Counted from the stretch's first letter, positions 40,388 through 53,400 are shown. The stretch is 64,000 bases of DNA from Octopus sinensis (GCF_006345805.1 NC_043002.1:65100001-65164000), one strand, 5' to 3'. Program-made: numbers and translations. The notes: generated from the letters alone by a model not told the origin.

Positions 40388-40675
40388 GAAATACCTATTT
40401 CTTTACTACCCACTAGGGGCTAAACATAGAGGGGACACACAAGGACAGACATAGGTACTAAGTCGATTAACTGGTACTTAATTTATCGACTCCGAAAGGA
40501 TGAAAGGCAAAGTCGACCTCGGCGAAATTTGAACTCAGAACGTAACGGCAAACGAAATACTGCTAAGCATCTCACCCGGCGTGCTAACTTTTCGGCCAGC
40601 TCGCCGCCCTAACAGACGAAAATCCGCTAAGCATTTCGCCCAGCATTCTCACGATTCTGCCAGCTTGCCACGTTA
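40388..40675 (-). mobile_element. SINE family B with duplicated head fragment
   Basis: ACGAAATACCTATTTCTTTACTACCCAC...GAAAGGCAAAGTCGACCTCGGCG..CAGCTCGCCGCC, then a second GCTAAGCATTTCGCCC..GATTCTGCCAGC. Confidence 0.8.
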
Positions 40676-41124
40676 AACGTGTGACAACAGGAACCACTAA
40701 AAGACACGGATTAGCTGCGTATGAAAGGAGTTGCAGACCAGCAACCCAAAAGAAAAGAGAGATAAAAGAATATGCGTATTAAAATAAAGCAGACGTATTA
40801 TCGTAGGAAAATGTCATTATGTGACGCCATGCTGCAGAATTAGCGTCGGATTGTACTGTAGAGATGAGATGTTTATTGAAAGGACTACTTAATGGGAATG
40901 TAGTGGGGAGCACATCGAATGTTGTGGATAAAAAAGAACATACACACTTATACTTGCACACAGTCACTTATAACCAAAAGCAAACAAAAAAAAAACAGCG
41001 GTGAAATAGAGAATGGTAGAGATACGATGGTTGTTGATGCTAATGGTTTTCACTCTGGTCTTAGGTATTCTCGCCGTGTGATGCACGCAGTGATTTATTT
41101 ATTTATGCGCCGTTTTCAAGCATA

Positions 41125-41410
41125 GCCAGGCTCATGGGCCCGTTTTCCTGGTTTCTGTTGTGTATGTGTTACCCTCAGCTTGGCGGGACGCCACTCCCTC
41201 ACAGCGTTACTCAAGAAACAGGAAGAGAGAGTGAGAGAAAGTTGGGGCGAAAGAGTACAACAGGGGTCGCCACCACTCCTTGTCGGAGCCTCGTGGAGCC
41301 TTAGGTGTTTTCGCTCAATAAACACACACAGCGCCCGGTCTGGGAACCGAAACCGCGATCCTCCAACCGCGAGTCCGCTGCCCTAACCACTGGGCCATTG
41401 CACCTCCACG
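41125..41410 (-). mobile_element. tRNA(Arg-like)-headed SINE (family D)
   Basis: Minus-strand head GTGGAGGTGCAATGGCCCAGTGGTTAGGGCAGCGGACTCGCGG..GGTTTCGGTTCCCAGACCGGGCG; body unlike families A-C. Confidence 0.65.
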
Positions 41411-41714
41411 CACGCAGTGATGGTGGAGGAAATGAAATAGGTAACAGATTATAACATAGATAATGAAACCATGGAACCTAGTGGCTAATGTGTTGCACTC
41501 AAGATTCCGGTTTCGATTCCCGGATCTGGTGGTGAGTTGCGTTTTAGTGTAAATCACTTTATTACACTTCACTCAGCTCCACAAGAGTAACCCTGTGACA
41601 GTTCAGCGCCAGTCCAGCTGAATTGTTGTTATCTCAGCCGCGTATACGCCATAGGAGTCATATAACCGTCTCCATGTGCCACAGGGCTGTGAATGGTAAT
41701 TATAAAATTCATGA

Positions 41715-41858
41715 GTGAATGTGTGGTAAATAACTTGCTTACCAACCACATGGTTCCGGGTTCAGTCCCACTGCATTTCACCTTGGGTAAGTGTCTTCTA
41801 CTATGGCCTCGAGCCGACCAAATCCTTGTCAAACTGAAAGAAGCCTGTTGTATATATG

Positions 41859-41934
<76 letters not shown>

Positions 41935-42127
41935 GTGTATATGTTTGCGTGTCTGCGTTTGTACCCCCAACGATGCTGGTGTGTTTACGTCCCTGTAACT
42001 TAGCGGTTCGGCAAAGACACCGAAAGAATGAGTACTAGGTTTACAAAGAATAAGTCCTGGCGTCGATTTGCTCGACTAAAGGCGGTGGTCCAGTCAAATG
42101 ACTGAAACAAGAAAAAGAGTAAAAGAG
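41715..42127 (+). mobile_element. SINE family A
   Basis: Head, internal (TA)n 41850-41925 and tail AAACAAGAAAAAGAGTAAAAGAG. Confidence 0.88.
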
Positions 42128-42649
42128 AAAGTCTGGTTGGGGGTTGGATGAGGTAGGCTGTAATGAATAAGGAATAAGCTACAATAGATTATAAAAGCTA
42201 TAAATTTTGCAGTCACGATAGGGTTGTCATCTGGATGACTAGAAGTTTAAGAAAATAAGTGTTAGACAGGGAAGAAAAAATTATAGGGAGATCAGAGAGT
42301 GTTAAAAAGTGTTGAAAAACGGACGTGAGAAATAGGGAGCACATTGAATAATCTATATAATGAACATATATCTTAGGGATTACTCTGAGGATCTGGGAGA
42401 ACCTACGGACCTCAAGCTTCGAATATTTGACCGATTCGTTATACTCACGATCATTCCAGTGACCTGGTAATAGAATTACCGAATAAACAAGACTGCGTCA
42501 CGCATGCACGTAGCTTCTGCTCATATAGCAACACATGTCCAAAAAGATTCCCCTCCAGTATTATCTTGTAACACGATTCTGCAAATTCCCGGTCTTAAAA
42601 GGCATAACAACACTTCTTCCATTTCAAACAAAATAAATAGTAATAAGTA

Positions 42650-42982
42650 AAGAACCCTTTGGTCAGTAATGACCATGGGATCCCACCTACAATCTTTCCC
42701 TCCGAGGCACAAGTCCGGGCAGCGTTGTTTCTCGAAGACCAGCAGTAGCCCACATATATCAACGTTCCCTCTTCAATTTACTCATGTCATCCAAGGCAAA
42801 GGCAAAGGCCGATACAACTTAGCGCCAGTGATGTCGCAATTAATTTCTGTAGCTCAGTGAACTGGAAAAACGTGAAATAAAGTGTTTTGCTCAAGAACAC
42901 AACACACAGCTCGGTTCGGGAAACAAACTCACTACCTCATGATTACGAGCCCGACCCTCTAACCACTGAGCCATGCGCCTGC
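42650..42982 (-). mobile_element. SINE family C
   Basis: Colinear with 28208-28543 (CACAAGTCCGGGCA..CTCAGTGAACTGG..GAAATAAAGTG..AACCACTGAGCCATGCGCCT). Confidence 0.85.
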
Positions 42983-43199
42983 ACAAACTAAATAAACTTC
43001 TCATTTTTGAAAAATCAGCATTCTTTCCTTTGGTTACATATATCCACGAAACTACTAGAATCTGCTCAAGCAAGCATACATATGCCCGTTCTCCTTTTTC
43101 CTTTATAACAACTATACACATACGATATCACATCTATCTTAAAACTACAACATTAACGCACACAATAAACATGTATAGCATTATCTAATACACCATTTA

Positions 43200-43415
43200 A
43201 CGCGGCGCACTGGTAGAATCGTTAGCACGCCGAGGCGAAATGCTTACCAGCATTTCGTTCGTCTCTACGTTCTGAGTTCAAATTCCGCGAAGGCCAACCT
43301 TGCTTTTCATCGCTTTCGGGATCGATGTAATAAGTATCAGTTGGGCACTGGAATTGATGTAATCGACTGATCCCCTTCCCACGAAGCTGCTGGCCCTGTG
43401 CCAAAATTTGAAACC
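43200..43415 (+). mobile_element. SINE family B
   Basis: CTGGTAGAATCGTTAGCACGCCG..GTTCTGAGTTCAAATTCC..GTGCCAAAATTTGAAACC. Confidence 0.8.
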
Positions 43416-45364
43416 ATTATCTAATACACCATCTCACTAACTCACACAGTCGCTGAACAAGGCGCACCTTACACACAAATAAACACCTACAACATACGTG
43501 GACATGCTCACATATAACATCGTTACATATGCAGAACCAGTTGAGGTGAAACGGCTCTAATTTAGTGCAGGATATGACGCGAGGACGATTTTTGTAGAGG
43601 GTGGATAGCACAGAGACCAAGCCTTGGATGAATTTTAAACTTGATGTCAACGTCATTTTTTCTCCGTTCTTACTATGCAACGTTTTCTATTTTTTTCATC
43701 TTAGGAGATGGACCAAGAATCCGAAGATTAATATAATGACTGAATGTTGTAAGAATATATGGAATTGAACGTATCAAAATTAAAAGTATGAAAATACACA
43801 AGAGAAAAAATTCTTTCAGGACTTGCTTGTTGCTATTGATGTTTTTTTTTTTACTTTTGCAAACTGAGTAACACGTCGTGTTTGTTTTTTGAAATGTTGT
43901 TGTCGTTGGTTTTCTTGTGATTGTAGTAAATCCTTTCTCAATTATTTAATACTAGTTCAACTCTAATATGCCAGGTCTGAGAGCATATATATTCCTGCTA
44001 CGACCGCACTTTTATTTTGCAAGAGTTTATCTTGGATTACATTATGTAACGTGCTTTATTCAATCACTATATCATTGTTTTAGTAACATACAGCCTCTTA
44101 CTCACACTCTTAACGTTACACGTGCATACATACGCACACACACAAAAACACACACAAAAACACACACACACTCACACACACCTAGGCTTTCAAACACACG
44201 GATAAACACGGTCACAGACACACTTGCGTGCGCGCTTACGTTATAAACTTAATCAAGAAAAAATAATGCAGTTCTCTTGGAAGGTTTTCGAACGGAGAAC
44301 AAAATGGACGCAACTAAATATCAAAGGGCGTTTTAGCTTTCACTCCGCCTTCTCAGCCACTCCCAGCATAGAACAACATGAATACTAATAAAAAACAACG
44401 ACGATGACGACAGCAATGACAACAAAAACAACAACATTAGCTTCCGATAATTATTCTTCTTTTTCAGATGCTAAGGTGCGATTTGGTCCCACATTGTCCT
44501 TTGTTGTTGCGTTATTTCTTCTATTTTTCAGACATAGCAACGCTTAATTCCAAAAGGAAGGATTAATTTTCTTAATTAAAACTGACCTTATAGTCTTACG
44601 AGTTTTCCTACTGAAATTAATAAACTCCCCAGTGATATTTAGCTCTTTAAATACACCGATTAATCATCACAAACGACGCGAACTAAATTCCTAAACACTG
44701 ACAGAAATTATTTCCAAAGAGTTTCACGTTTCTATTAAGAAACCAAAAAATAAAAGAAAACCAGTATAAACAGCCCCCAGTGTTTTGACACAGTTATAGA
44801 AGTAAAAGTATTAAACAATTTGGAATTGCGTGATAAAAATTTAACACGAATAATTAAGTGTTAACATTCCTCTTGTGTTCTTAAACAGTGCTTTACTTTC
44901 CACATTAACTCATTCCAAAGAAGTATTGGACCACAGTAGGCGGATTTTGCAATGTAGTAATGTGTGTGTGATTTAATTATATAGGTTTCGTGTCTCGATA
45001 GGGTTTTTAAGAAGGAAGTCGATATTACTACACCTCTTAATTGGAGCCAATTAACTTACGAAGAACGCACTACATACATACACGCGTACTTACATATATG
45101 CACATATATATGTAAGTACGCGCGTGTGTGTGTATGTTCATACATACACATATACGTATATAGGCATACATATATACAGTAATATATATGCATACAAATA
45201 CTTACAGAGAGATAAGCAGACAGACAGATACACAAACTCACAAATTGAAATATATTTCATTTGGATACATAAGCAAGTAAAGGAATGAATTAATTACAAA
45301 AGTACACTGTACACACAAAACCACGAACACGTACATGTTTCCAAGCATACATAAAAACACATTG

Positions 45365-45414
<50 letters not shown>

Positions 45415-45424
45415 TGCATGTATG

Positions 45425-45467
<43 letters not shown>

Positions 45468-46241
45468 TGGAGTTAAACTCAGGTGTTATTCAAATTCTTT
45501 TACTTCCGACATATGTTTCGAAGATATCACTGGTATTATTCCAAAGGAATAAAATGGTGTAAAACAATGTAATCTTCTCTGCAGGGAAAAAAGAAATGAA
45601 ACTCGTCAATAAGATATTTTAACATAAAATGATAGATATGTATAGTGATTAACTGAACGCTATTAAGTTTGTTTCACAGAAAACGTTAGAGAATATAACA
45701 TCAAATGTAGCCTATAGAAAGTGGAGAGAAAAAATGAAATAAATGAGAAATATATAACTATATGTATATTAAATACAACTATATAGACTTGGAAAACAAT
45801 ATATCTAGTAAGTGTGAAATGTAAGACGAAAATTAGTGTTTAAATTATATATAGTGATAGATATCACTTAAAGGTGCGTTTCTGCAAATGTTTACATCCG
45901 TATGCACGCTCTATAACCGTGTTTACAAGCGGATTTTTAGAAAAACGAATAAAAAATAGTTCAGAATTACAGAGTAGACAGAATTCCTTGCCTTTATCAT
46001 AAGGTACTGAGATTGAGAGAATCAACCAATCTAAATTAAATTGTTTTTTGTGGTCTTTTAGATATCAAATTAATCTACTAAGCCCTCTACTGTTACGTTT
46101 ATTCCTATCCCTAAATGTAGAACAAACTTTTTACTTGTGTGATTTTTTTTGCTACCCGGCTAACTATTTATCTATATTTTCCGTGTTAATTTTTAACAAG
46201 AGAAAAATACACATATATATTTATATATGTAAATATGTATG

Positions 46242-46297
<56 letters not shown>

Positions 46298-46419
46298 TGT
46301 GTATTCCGTTTTAGTAAATGGATTTTACAGCGATCTGACACGCTAAGATAAACTTTCTTGCAGCGTACGATTTTCTTAAACCAGATTATAACGCTATATA
46401 CGTATGTATAGGGATTAAT

Positions 46420-47210
46420 CTTCTCTCTTCGCTCCTACGCACCACATGAGCTCAACTGTCCTCCGCTCTTCATCTGACCCTCCTCCTCTCTCCTCTCTCC
46501 CTCTCACACCTACTTCCTCCCATCCACCTCTCCTCTTTTGTTCCGAATCCTTTTTCTCTTCAATCCTACTCTTCTTTTCTTCACTCCTAGCCACCTTCTC
46601 CCTTTCCTCCTCTCTCTTCATCGTCACCCCTCTTGTAATTCCACGCCTACACAATCCAACCGCACCTTCCCTATCCACCCCATCCTATCCCCCCATCACT
46701 TACACCCAATCCCATATACGGCACCTCTACCCCCACTCTGAGCGTAACCCACACCCAACCCTTCCTTCCCCCATTTTCGCCTCGCCCACATCCCAACACC
46801 ACCACACCATACACCACCATACCACAAAACACCACATCACACACCACCACGCACACACTAGCACTGGCCATTTCCCAGCCCCGCACCATCTTCCACACAC
46901 CGACACATACACATACGCACACGTCAAGGTCATCAGCCTTCTTCCACACTCACATACATGCTCTCTTATACAAACGCACGCGCACCTTCGTTTTAGGATC
47001 ACCGCTACTTTATTTTCTCCTTTTCTTTCTAGCTCTCCTGTGTGACCCCATTGTCTGGCATTCGCCATGATAGATCGCTAGCCACTACACATTCTTTATT
47101 TTCTCTCCTTGTTTCTTTCTGTTACTTTCGGGGGAAGAAATTAGACTCGAAACGTTAAAGAATTTTTCACTTCCCGAGCGTTAAACTAATAAATCTGTTT
47201 GTTGTCTCCA
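46420..47210 (+). repeat. C/T- and C/A-rich low-complexity tract, possibly the decayed 3' end of a Penelope-type element
   Basis: Strong G depletion on the plus strand; ends CTCGAAACGTTAAAGA..TTCCCGAGCGTTAAACTAATA, reminiscent of PLE terminal repeats. Confidence 0.35.
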
Positions 47211-47258
47211 TCTTTTTTATTTTTTGAATTCTCCCCCTATAATTATATGTATATACGT

Positions 47259-48271
47259 AAGATAAAAACTCAGTTAGGTGTTAAATAACTGCCTAAGGGA
47301 TATTAAATATCCAAAGAATTTACTGTTTTTTTACCTATATAAATGATATTGTTATGAATTATCACTCATAACAAATACGTAAATAAAGAAATAAAATAAA
47401 CATACGGTTTATCAATGTGTAAATATAAATTAGAAATGGAAACCAAAATGATAAATGGAACATTTAAATAATTTAATTATTAAATGATAAATCAATTCAA
47501 TTTTATTATTTTATACAAACGACATATCTAGTAAATTACAGCTGTTTTTACTCCATTAAAAAGACAGGGTTTTCAAGAACAATAAAATATCGCCTTAAAT
47601 ATAATGACGTTTCATCAGACGCTTTATTTGATCGAGTTTTATCATAAATATATAATCTAACTTTACATTGATATACCACATTTTTCACTTTACAAAAATT
47701 TTTAACCGCACAGCTATCTTTGTTTTTACAATCACATGTTTTATAAGAATTACCATTTATATTAGTTGAGGAGGAGGAGGAGGTTTTATATGTTACTGAG
47801 TTTCTATTGTTATTAAAAATATTTTGTTTATTAATGAAATAACAAGTAGTATTACTAATAATATCTTCTAAATTAAGTTTGGTATTAGGGGAATTATTAT
47901 TAGCACATTTTCTATTTAAGTTAAAATAATGCATTTTTTAATTATTTATAGAATCTATAATAATAGATAAGTTATGAATTAAGCCATATCTATCTTTATT
48001 TTTTATTGCTCATAACTTCCTATTTATTATTTATATTAGAATGTTTATTAATTAGTCTATAAATAAATTACACCAAATTATATTTTATTTATATGGCATA
48101 TGGTATTATAAGCCATTTTATCTTTTTAATATTTACTTTATTATAAGTAAAATCACTAAAATTTGTATATTTATTTTCATTCTTTAAGTAGATATTATAT
48201 TTAATTTTATTCGGTTTATTTATATATCAGTGATTGTAAGTATTAACATTTTTATATTATCATTATTATTA

Positions 48272-48328
<57 letters not shown>

Positions 48329-50340
48329 TATTATTATTATTATTATTATTAATATTATTATTATTATTATTATTATTATCAATTTTACTCATTGTGTTTA
48401 TAATATTATTACCTTTAATGCATTGTAATTTATTCTTATAACCTGCTTTACTTAAACCCAAATGATATTGGCCTTTATGTCTATTAAATATATCTCCTTT
48501 ATAAAATAAAATGAAATTCTCTTACTACTAATATATACTAATGTTTTTTCATTGAAAGGGGGTAATTGTTTAACGATTTATATGTTTTAATTTATAATTT
48601 GCTTTAATATATGGTTCATGTATTCCAGATGATAAATTACAAATCATATCTAAGTAATTAATTCAATTATATTCTTTTTCTATAGTTATAGATAGTCTAA
48701 ATGATTAAAAAAATTTAAATAATCGTTTCTTTATAAGTTGTAGACGTCTATTAGATGTATTCTTAACTAGAAAGATTGCATCATCTGTATATAGTCCCCC
48801 CACGAGCTCTGGGAATTCATTTTGTTTATTAGACAATAAATATACTCAAGGTATGTCAGTTATTTACGCAGAATCTGGCGCCCCTATACATATATCAAAA
48901 CAGCTAGGCGTATCGTTTCTTGCCCATAATTTATTATCGAATGATATAATTGATTTACGGGCTGTTAAAATTACATTAATTTCTTTCATGCTAATAGGTG
49001 TATGTATCTTGGATAATATCAAGATGGGTTTATACTAGCGTAAGAATTATCAATATCTATTTAGGTTTATATTTATTAATTATGTTTGAGAACCATTTAA
49101 TAGCATTCTGGGTGTTTAATCATAATTGTAGTCTGATATTATAATTCAAGATCGGTATAGATTTATCTAAAATTATCCTGCTGAGTTTACATAAATCAGA
49201 TTTATCTAACCTATGTAATTACATGCAAATTCTATTGATGATCCTTAATTGTTACCCATAGTCTAATAGGCATTAATGGTTCTCTTTTATCATCTATATT
49301 ATGATTTTCCATAATTTTTTAGCCTCTAGGTTTATCTGTCCAACGTAAGTTCTTTATATATCCATTTATAGAATAAATTCATAGCTATATTACATACGTT
49401 TCTTGTTTTATCTGGATTAACAATAATTTCTTTTATATTTTTCAGTTCATGGGGTAATTTTTCTTTAGCTTCAATTGGTGTTGGTTGTTCCGCTGTGGGT
49501 GTTTCTTGAATTTTAGGTTTTTGATTGTAGTTCATAATTCTTGTTCAAATATTTCTAAGTAGTTATTATGTAATAGCGTTTTCTTGGTTTTAAATAAGCC
49601 AGAGATAAAATCAATGCTATTATCCATATTGTTATTAGTGGAACCCATTTGGGATTTATCATAATAAAAAGGTCTCCATCTTTAGTCTATTAGGGAAGTC
49701 CGTTATTTTATCAATAGTTCCTTCATATATACATTTTTTGGAGGTATTGGTATGACTTTAAAAGATGTGTCAATTGTAATAGTTTCCATTATCCTTTATT
49801 ATTCTATACACGACAATTATATTTACTAATACTAAAAAGTAACAAGTAAATAATCAGATTTATGCAAAAGATAAAAATTTAGTTAAGTGTTAAATAACCA
49901 CCAAAGGGATATAAAATATCAAAAGAATTTACTTTTTTTTACCTATATAAATAACAATGATATGAATTATCGCTCATAACAAATACGTAAATAAATAAAT
50001 AAAATAAGCATATAGTTTATAAATGTATAAATATAAATTAGAAATGGAAGCCAAAGTAATAAATTGAACAATCAAATAATTTAATCATGAATTCAATTCA
50101 AATTTATTATTTTATACGAACAAATGACTCATCTAATAAATTACAGCTGTCTCTACACCATTAAAAAAAACGGGGTTTTCAAGAATAATAAAATACTGTT
50201 TTAAATATAATGAGGTTTCATGAGACAGACATATCTTCTTAAATATCTTACGAGAAATAGCAATTGAAACTTTTTGTAACTGCTAACGCTTTTCAAAAAT
50301 ACGCTTGAGGGAGCTTTATCATAAATAAATAATCTAACTG
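47259..50340 (-). mobile_element. Near-complete decayed Penelope-like element with direct pseudo-LTRs
   Basis: Diverged direct repeats at 47259-47662 and 49868-50340. Internal minus-strand motifs IIVNPDKTRN, APDSA*ITD, GLYTDDAIF (48780-48791), GLSKAGYKNKL, CDCKNKDSCAVKNFCKVKNVVYQCKV. Confidence 0.85.
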
Positions 50341-50451
50341 AAATTTCATAAATTACTAAATTTTAAAACCTTACGTTACTAAATCCCATGAGCAGACGCA
50401 CCGTTGTGTCCAGTAAGTGCCTTTATAAACTTTAATTATATATTTTTTTAT

Positions 50452-50645
50452 TGCCCACAGGGGGCTAAACACAAAGGGACAAAGAAAGGAATTAAGTCGA
50501 TTAAATCGACCCCATTGCGTAACTGGTACTTATTTAATCGACCGCGAAAGGATGACAGGAAAGTAGACCTCGGCGGAATTTGAACTCAGAACGTAAAGGC
50601 AGACGAAATAACGCTAAGTATTTCACCCAGCCAGCTCGCCGCCTT
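50452..50645 (-). mobile_element. SINE family B
   Basis: GCCCACAGGGGGCTAAACAC..AACTGGTACTT..GACCTCGGCGGAATTTGAACTCAGAACG..CAGCTCGCC. Confidence 0.8.
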
Positions 50646-51415
50646 AATTATATACCTTTTCCAACATATAACGATACTGATTTTACTAGAGGGTTGTACC
50701 TTAATTCATAAACGTTCAAACAGCCTCACCTGATCGTCTCATTCAGATGGTACAACTAAGAGTGAGATATGAAGAAACCCATGGAATGGTCGTGGTTAAC
50801 ATTTTTACGATATTTAATTACCAACACTACTTCCGCCAGAAAATTAACTCAGCTGTTTGAATTTTTATTACTACGAACAAGAGATGTGCTAGCATAAACA
50901 CCAGGGAAATAACTGAAACTAAACCCGTGACAATGACATTTGTCGAAGCTGGGCGAAATTTTTTTCCTACCATTACTGGGTTTTATGATTTTAGCGTGCT
51001 CTGTTTTCCCCTGGTGAATAGTTGAAAAATATGAGAAAGAATTTTAACGGAATATTTATTTATGTAAAGGAAACTGAAAAAAATATATTCGTACATCAGT
51101 ATATTCATAAAAAAAAATATTTATATTACAAATATTTAATAACCGTTTGTATATGTTAATATAATTATATATTTATTGTCATATTATTTTATGTTGATAT
51201 GTGCAATCAGGGTCTTATTGAGTAAGTACATCCGCCAGGTTTGTTTTCCAGTTCAGTACAACTAGACGGAAACGGGGGCAGGCGTAGCTTATAATGATCT
51301 CGGTCTGACCAAAGCAACTTGAGCGAAATATATAGAAGATATAGAAAACTTTTATGGCATACACCTGTATGCGTGTGTTTCTTGATGTGTGTATGTATGT
51401 ACACATAAGCATATA

Positions 51416-51446
<31 letters not shown>

Positions 51447-51484
51447 CTTGAAGAGAAATAACGCGTACGTTCGGCCACATAGTA

Positions 51485-51559
51485 ATATAATAAATAAATA
51501 AAATATATGCATATATACATACATATATGTACATACTTACATCTACATGAATATATACA

Positions 51560-51635
<76 letters not shown>

Positions 51636-52078
51636 ATATTATATATATATATATATGAGTACAGGACACCACAAATAAACGTAGAAAACACGAGAGACGA
51701 GAACATAAAATCAAACAAGGAAACGGACTTTTTTTAAACAACGAAAAACCAGAGTACAGGACAAACAATACAAGGAAAATTCGTCTTCATCAGCTGTCCT
51801 TGGTTCGACTCAAAGTGTGTTTCGAAGGTAAGGACAGCACTTCGAAACACACTTTGAGTCGAACCAGGGACTGCTGATGAAGGGGAATTTTTCGTTGTTT
51901 AAAAAAAGTCCGTTTCCTTGTTTGATTTTATGTTCCCGTGTCTCGTTGAGTTCTACGTTTATTTGTGGTTTCCTGTACTCATATATATATATATATATAT
52001 GCATGTATATATACATGTAGATGTAAGTATGTACATATATGTATGTATATATACATATATTTTATTTATTTATGATAT
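51485..52078. repeat. ~590-bp imperfect palindrome with 12-nt spacer
   Basis: 51485-51827 and 51840-52078 are reverse complements (unique core plus microsatellite flank); spacer GTAAGGACAGCA. Confidence 0.92.
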
Positions 52079-52109
52079 AAATAAATATATATATATATAT
52101 ATATATATA

Positions 52110-52236
52110 CAGTGTGCCTACAAAGTCTGGTTACATGGAATCAATAAAATCATAGCATAAAAAATTAAATATAAAGAAAAATAATTTCTTAAAGTATGTG
52201 TTAATCCCCACGTACCCAGACTTTCTGGACACCCTG
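52110..52236. mobile_element. 127-bp Tc1/mariner-type MITE
   Basis: 30-bp TIRs CAGTGTGCCTACAAAGTCTGGTTACATGGA versus reverse-complemented right end CAGGGTGTCCAGAAAGTCTGGGTACGTGGG; TA flanks. Confidence 0.8.
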
Positions 52237-52243
52237 TATCATA

Positions 52244-52276
<33 letters not shown>

Positions 52277-52313
52277 GCCTACATGCACATATATATAAAT
52301 GTAAAACGTTCTG

Positions 52314-52434
52314 GGCAATAAAGTCAGTACGGAAGATTGTATGCATGTATATATGCACGCACACACACGTATATACACATGTACGTACCTGTGTGTGTAC
52401 ATGCATACAATCTTCCGTACTGAAATTTATTGCC
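52314..52434. repeat. Hairpin with 26-bp perfect inverted repeat
   Basis: TCAGTACGGAAGATTGTATGCATGTA (52324-52349) and its exact reverse complement (52398-52423), extended by GGCAATAAA/TTTATTGCC. Confidence 0.9.
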
Positions 52435-52704
52435 AATGAAACATCTTCAGAAGCATATGAGTCTTACATCAGCCGATCTGTGCTCTTCGCAAGCAAATGA
52501 TGTACATATGATCGCTGTGTTATTGCAGTTGATGGTTTTGTTATCTGTAGGAAGGCAGGTTATGGGTCAGCACGTTTAGCGTTTCTTTTTCTCTTTGTTT
52601 AGAGATGAGGAGTTCGATTTATTACCCTTCAATGAGTCAGTCATGGGCTGCTTTTAAATCTAGCAACATATTATCATTCTCTACAAGCACCTAATATTTT
52701 CCCT

Positions 52705-53103
52705 GATAAGTATTGGTTTCAAATTTTGGCACAAGGCCATCAATTTAGGCTTATCGGTAAATTGTTTACATCAACTCCCGTGCTCAACTGGCACGCATTT
52801 TATCGATCACGAAAGGCAAAGTCGACCTCGGTGGAATTTGAACTGAGAACGTAAAGAGAGACGAAATACCTATTTCTTTACTACCCACAAGGGGCTAAAC
52901 TCAGAGGAGACAAACAAGAACAGACAGACGGATTCAGTCGATTATATCGACTCCAGTGTGTAACTGGTACCTTAATCTATCGACCCCGAAAGGATGAAAT
53001 GCAAAGTCGACCTCGGCGGAATTTGAACTCAGAACGTAACGACAGACGAAATACTGCTAAGCATTTCGTCCGGCGTGCTAACGATTCTGCCTGCTCGCCG
53101 CCT
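52705..53103 (-). mobile_element. Dimeric SINE family B
   Basis: Two successive B-box plus central-domain units joined at GACGAAATACCTATTTCTTTACT. Confidence 0.85.
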
Positions 53104-53124
53104 TTCCCTGTTAAATATCAAGCA

Positions 53125-53400
53125 GAAGCTTGATAGTGGTTCGTTAGTTACTTGCCAATTCCCAACGTAACAACGAGATGTTCATCGACACCGTTCGATT
53201 CTGAGTTGAGCCGGTCAGCAAGGTGAGGTTGTATAGCAAATCTGTTATCTGTTTCTCTGAGCTTCTTTTTGGACCTACCAATCCAGAAGAATGTATATCC
53301 TGTCCGGAATTCCTCTCAATGCTCCTCCTCTGCAAATCTCGTCTTATTCAGTGCAGATATGTCAATGCTGTGTGATTAGTATTTTGGATATCAGAGCGGT
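53125..53400 (-). mobile_element. RTE-BovB-like AP endonuclease fragment
   Basis: Minus-strand IDISALNKTRFAEE..*EEFRTGYTFFWIGR...RFAI...NGVDEHL matches the DIAALSETR / GYTFFWSG / GVGFAI pattern. Confidence 0.7.

Noticed and set aside
47590-47625. CTGATGAAAC on the minus strand in the PLE pLTR
   Set aside because: There is no room for stem II between the core words, and the other pLTR copy lacks CTGATGA; not a complete ribozyme.
51785-51890. Hammerhead words (GAAAC..GTC..CTGATGAAG) at the centre of the large palindrome
   Set aside because: The order is permuted, stem III is only 2 bp and stem I does not pair; at best a degenerate relic.
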